A stretch of DNA of 64,000 nt from Octopus vulgaris (taxonomy: Eukaryota): assembly GCA_951406725.2 (NCBI GenBank), contig OX597823.1, forward strand, positions 33,046,001 to 33,110,000, read 5' to 3'. Every line of letters starts with the position of its first letter. Within the stretch, counting starts at the first letter, position 1. The notes under the pieces were generated by a model. The model had not been told where the DNA came from and ran no database searches. It saw only the letters and a program-made list of their open reading frames with translations. Both the position numbers and the translations under genes were made by a program. Positions 62,230 through 64,000 of this stretch are shown in pieces.

Positions 62230-62622
62230 AAAACCATTGGTGTGTCACAAGTTCTGGTGGCCAGGATTGGGACACACAGCCCTACACACACACATACACA
62301 CATTCACACCAGTCTTGCAACACTGGTGTTGCTTGGTGTGAAATGAATTCTTTGACACAAGAAAATGAAGGGAGTTTTCTTCCCTTTACCTGATCCCACT
62401 CCCAATTCAAAAATACAAAACAAAAAACACTTTTTTTTAAGGAAAAGTTATTGGCTTTAAACTATGAAAGGTTTGATGAATGAAAGTTGATGTCAGATCT
62501 GATTTTGCAGTGTAAGAAGAAAGCTACTTGATTCAGCATACATACACTTCAACCTACAAGAAATACTGTTAAACATTCGCCATTGTTGGCCTGAAAAGGA
62601 TTTAATGCCTGCTTTCTTTGAT

Positions 62623-63295
62623 AATAAATGGAAGCAAAAAAACTATTTTGTTGACTCTTATTCCATTTTTGATACTGCATGCTCCTTTCTATAAAACAAA
62701 TGTAATTTGATCCATGCATAGCTTCCCTTTAGCAATTATCTGGAGAGATGATATAACGAAGGCTGCTGGTGTCTTGTATTTTCTGCTTTTTTTTTTTTTT
62801 TTTTTTTTTGGTTGTAATTTTTTCAGTTTGAAAAAAAAAATGTAATTGCTCACAATTGACTTAACCCATAATAAATAACAGAATATAATGGGGGGGACAT
62901 TTACTGTGTTCAGCTTTGATAAGTCTGATTAATATGGACTCAATTGAAATGGCTTGTTGATCACTTGCCAAATAGTTTACACAAGAACAATATAACAATG
63001 TCCTCAGATCTGAGTAAATAATTACAATAACGTTTTTTTTTCCTTTTCCGTTTTTGTTTTTGTATGTGTTGGTCAGAGGCGATTCCTTTTCTCTCTATAT
63101 TTTGAAATGGTCTGTTTGTAAAAGTATGAGGATCAGCACTGTTTACATGTGGTGAGGTGTCATTGTGGTCTCTTTCAAAGCATCATGGTCATAGAAAAGA
63201 TACTTATGTACATGCTGAAGTCATTCATGTAATTATCTGGATTGTCATGTTACCATGCCATATTTATCTAGTTGTTGGGACAATACATGAATAAA
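62623..63295 (+). terminator. Candidate polyadenylation signals in the eIF4E 3' UTR
   Basis: AATAAA at 62623-62628, 62870-62875 and 63290-63295; long U tract near 62788-62809. Which signal is used cannot be determined from sequence. Confidence 0.4.
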
Positions 63296-64000
63296 ATACT
63301 TTATCTTTAACATTTTTTCTCTTCTCTTTTCAAATATACAAGTATTGTATGGTTTGCTTGTAATTTCAAAATGAGCTGTTCTAAAAAAACTGATTGGCTG
63401 TGTTATCCATTGCACTGTTAAACCTATCACCATATTTCTAACAAAATACACAAAATGTATTTCAATTAATTTTCAAAATAAAATTTAGGGTTTGGTAAAA
63501 TAACTTTTTCTGTATCACACTAAATTGGAACTAAGCTTAACAAAATGTCCTTGCATAAAATGAAAGATTTTAGATGTCAATGTCTTGACTCTTTAGCATT
63601 GTTCTGTCAAACAATGCTTATCTTGTAACTTTGAGATTTTTATGGCATTATAGTTTATTTTTAGAATGACACTGTAGGCTATGGCTGACCAGTGTTACAC
63701 TGGTTACTATTGAAAGAGTTTAATTAGTCAATAGCAAGATTTTAATGAAATCCATAATGAAATATATTAGTGTATTGTATTTTAATTTTCAAAGTTAATC
63801 AAATTTGCTAGATTTTCAATATAAGCTCATTATTAATCTAGTTGTTCAGGACCTAACTAATGGTTTTTAAATTATTACAAGTGAAAAAGAGTTTTATCAT
63901 TGACCCAAGGATTATTGTCTCATGTGGATTGCTATCAAAAGGATCTTAAGACTTAAAGAATGTTTTATAAAGTTTTCAATATCTTCCAGTAAATATCTGA

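Overview
AT-rich, microsatellite-dense eukaryotic DNA; the repeat families resemble those of octopus/coleoid cephalopods (inference from recognition, not a search). One intact protein-coding gene is present: a class I eIF4E on the + strand, reconstructed by hand as 7 coding exons (35228-35257, 40307-40503, 40606-40669, 61255-61368, 61522-61661, 61941-61995, 62170-62229; 660 nt, 219 aa, all GT-AG, phases consistent), with a 20.6-kb third intron. The rest is decayed mobile DNA: Penelope-like elements (RT + GIY-YIG), many RTE LINE fragments, three tRNA-derived SINE families, mariner and Tigger remnants, piggyBac- and Merlin-like MITEs, and non-autonomous Helitrons. The most interesting non-coding signal is a set of minimal type I hammerhead-ribozyme motifs (CUGANGA-stem II-GAAAC-palindrome-GUA) in Penelope-type terminal repeats. 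One near-intact copy lies in sense orientation inside eIF4E intron 3, and a pair sits in a 470-bp fold-back. There are also several long palindromes with duplicated loop sequence, a PHD-like finger embedded in the RTE reverse transcriptase, and a possible divergent spliced transcript from the eIF4E promoter. Most ORFs in the supplied track are repeat-derived noise. Boundaries of decayed elements are approximate.
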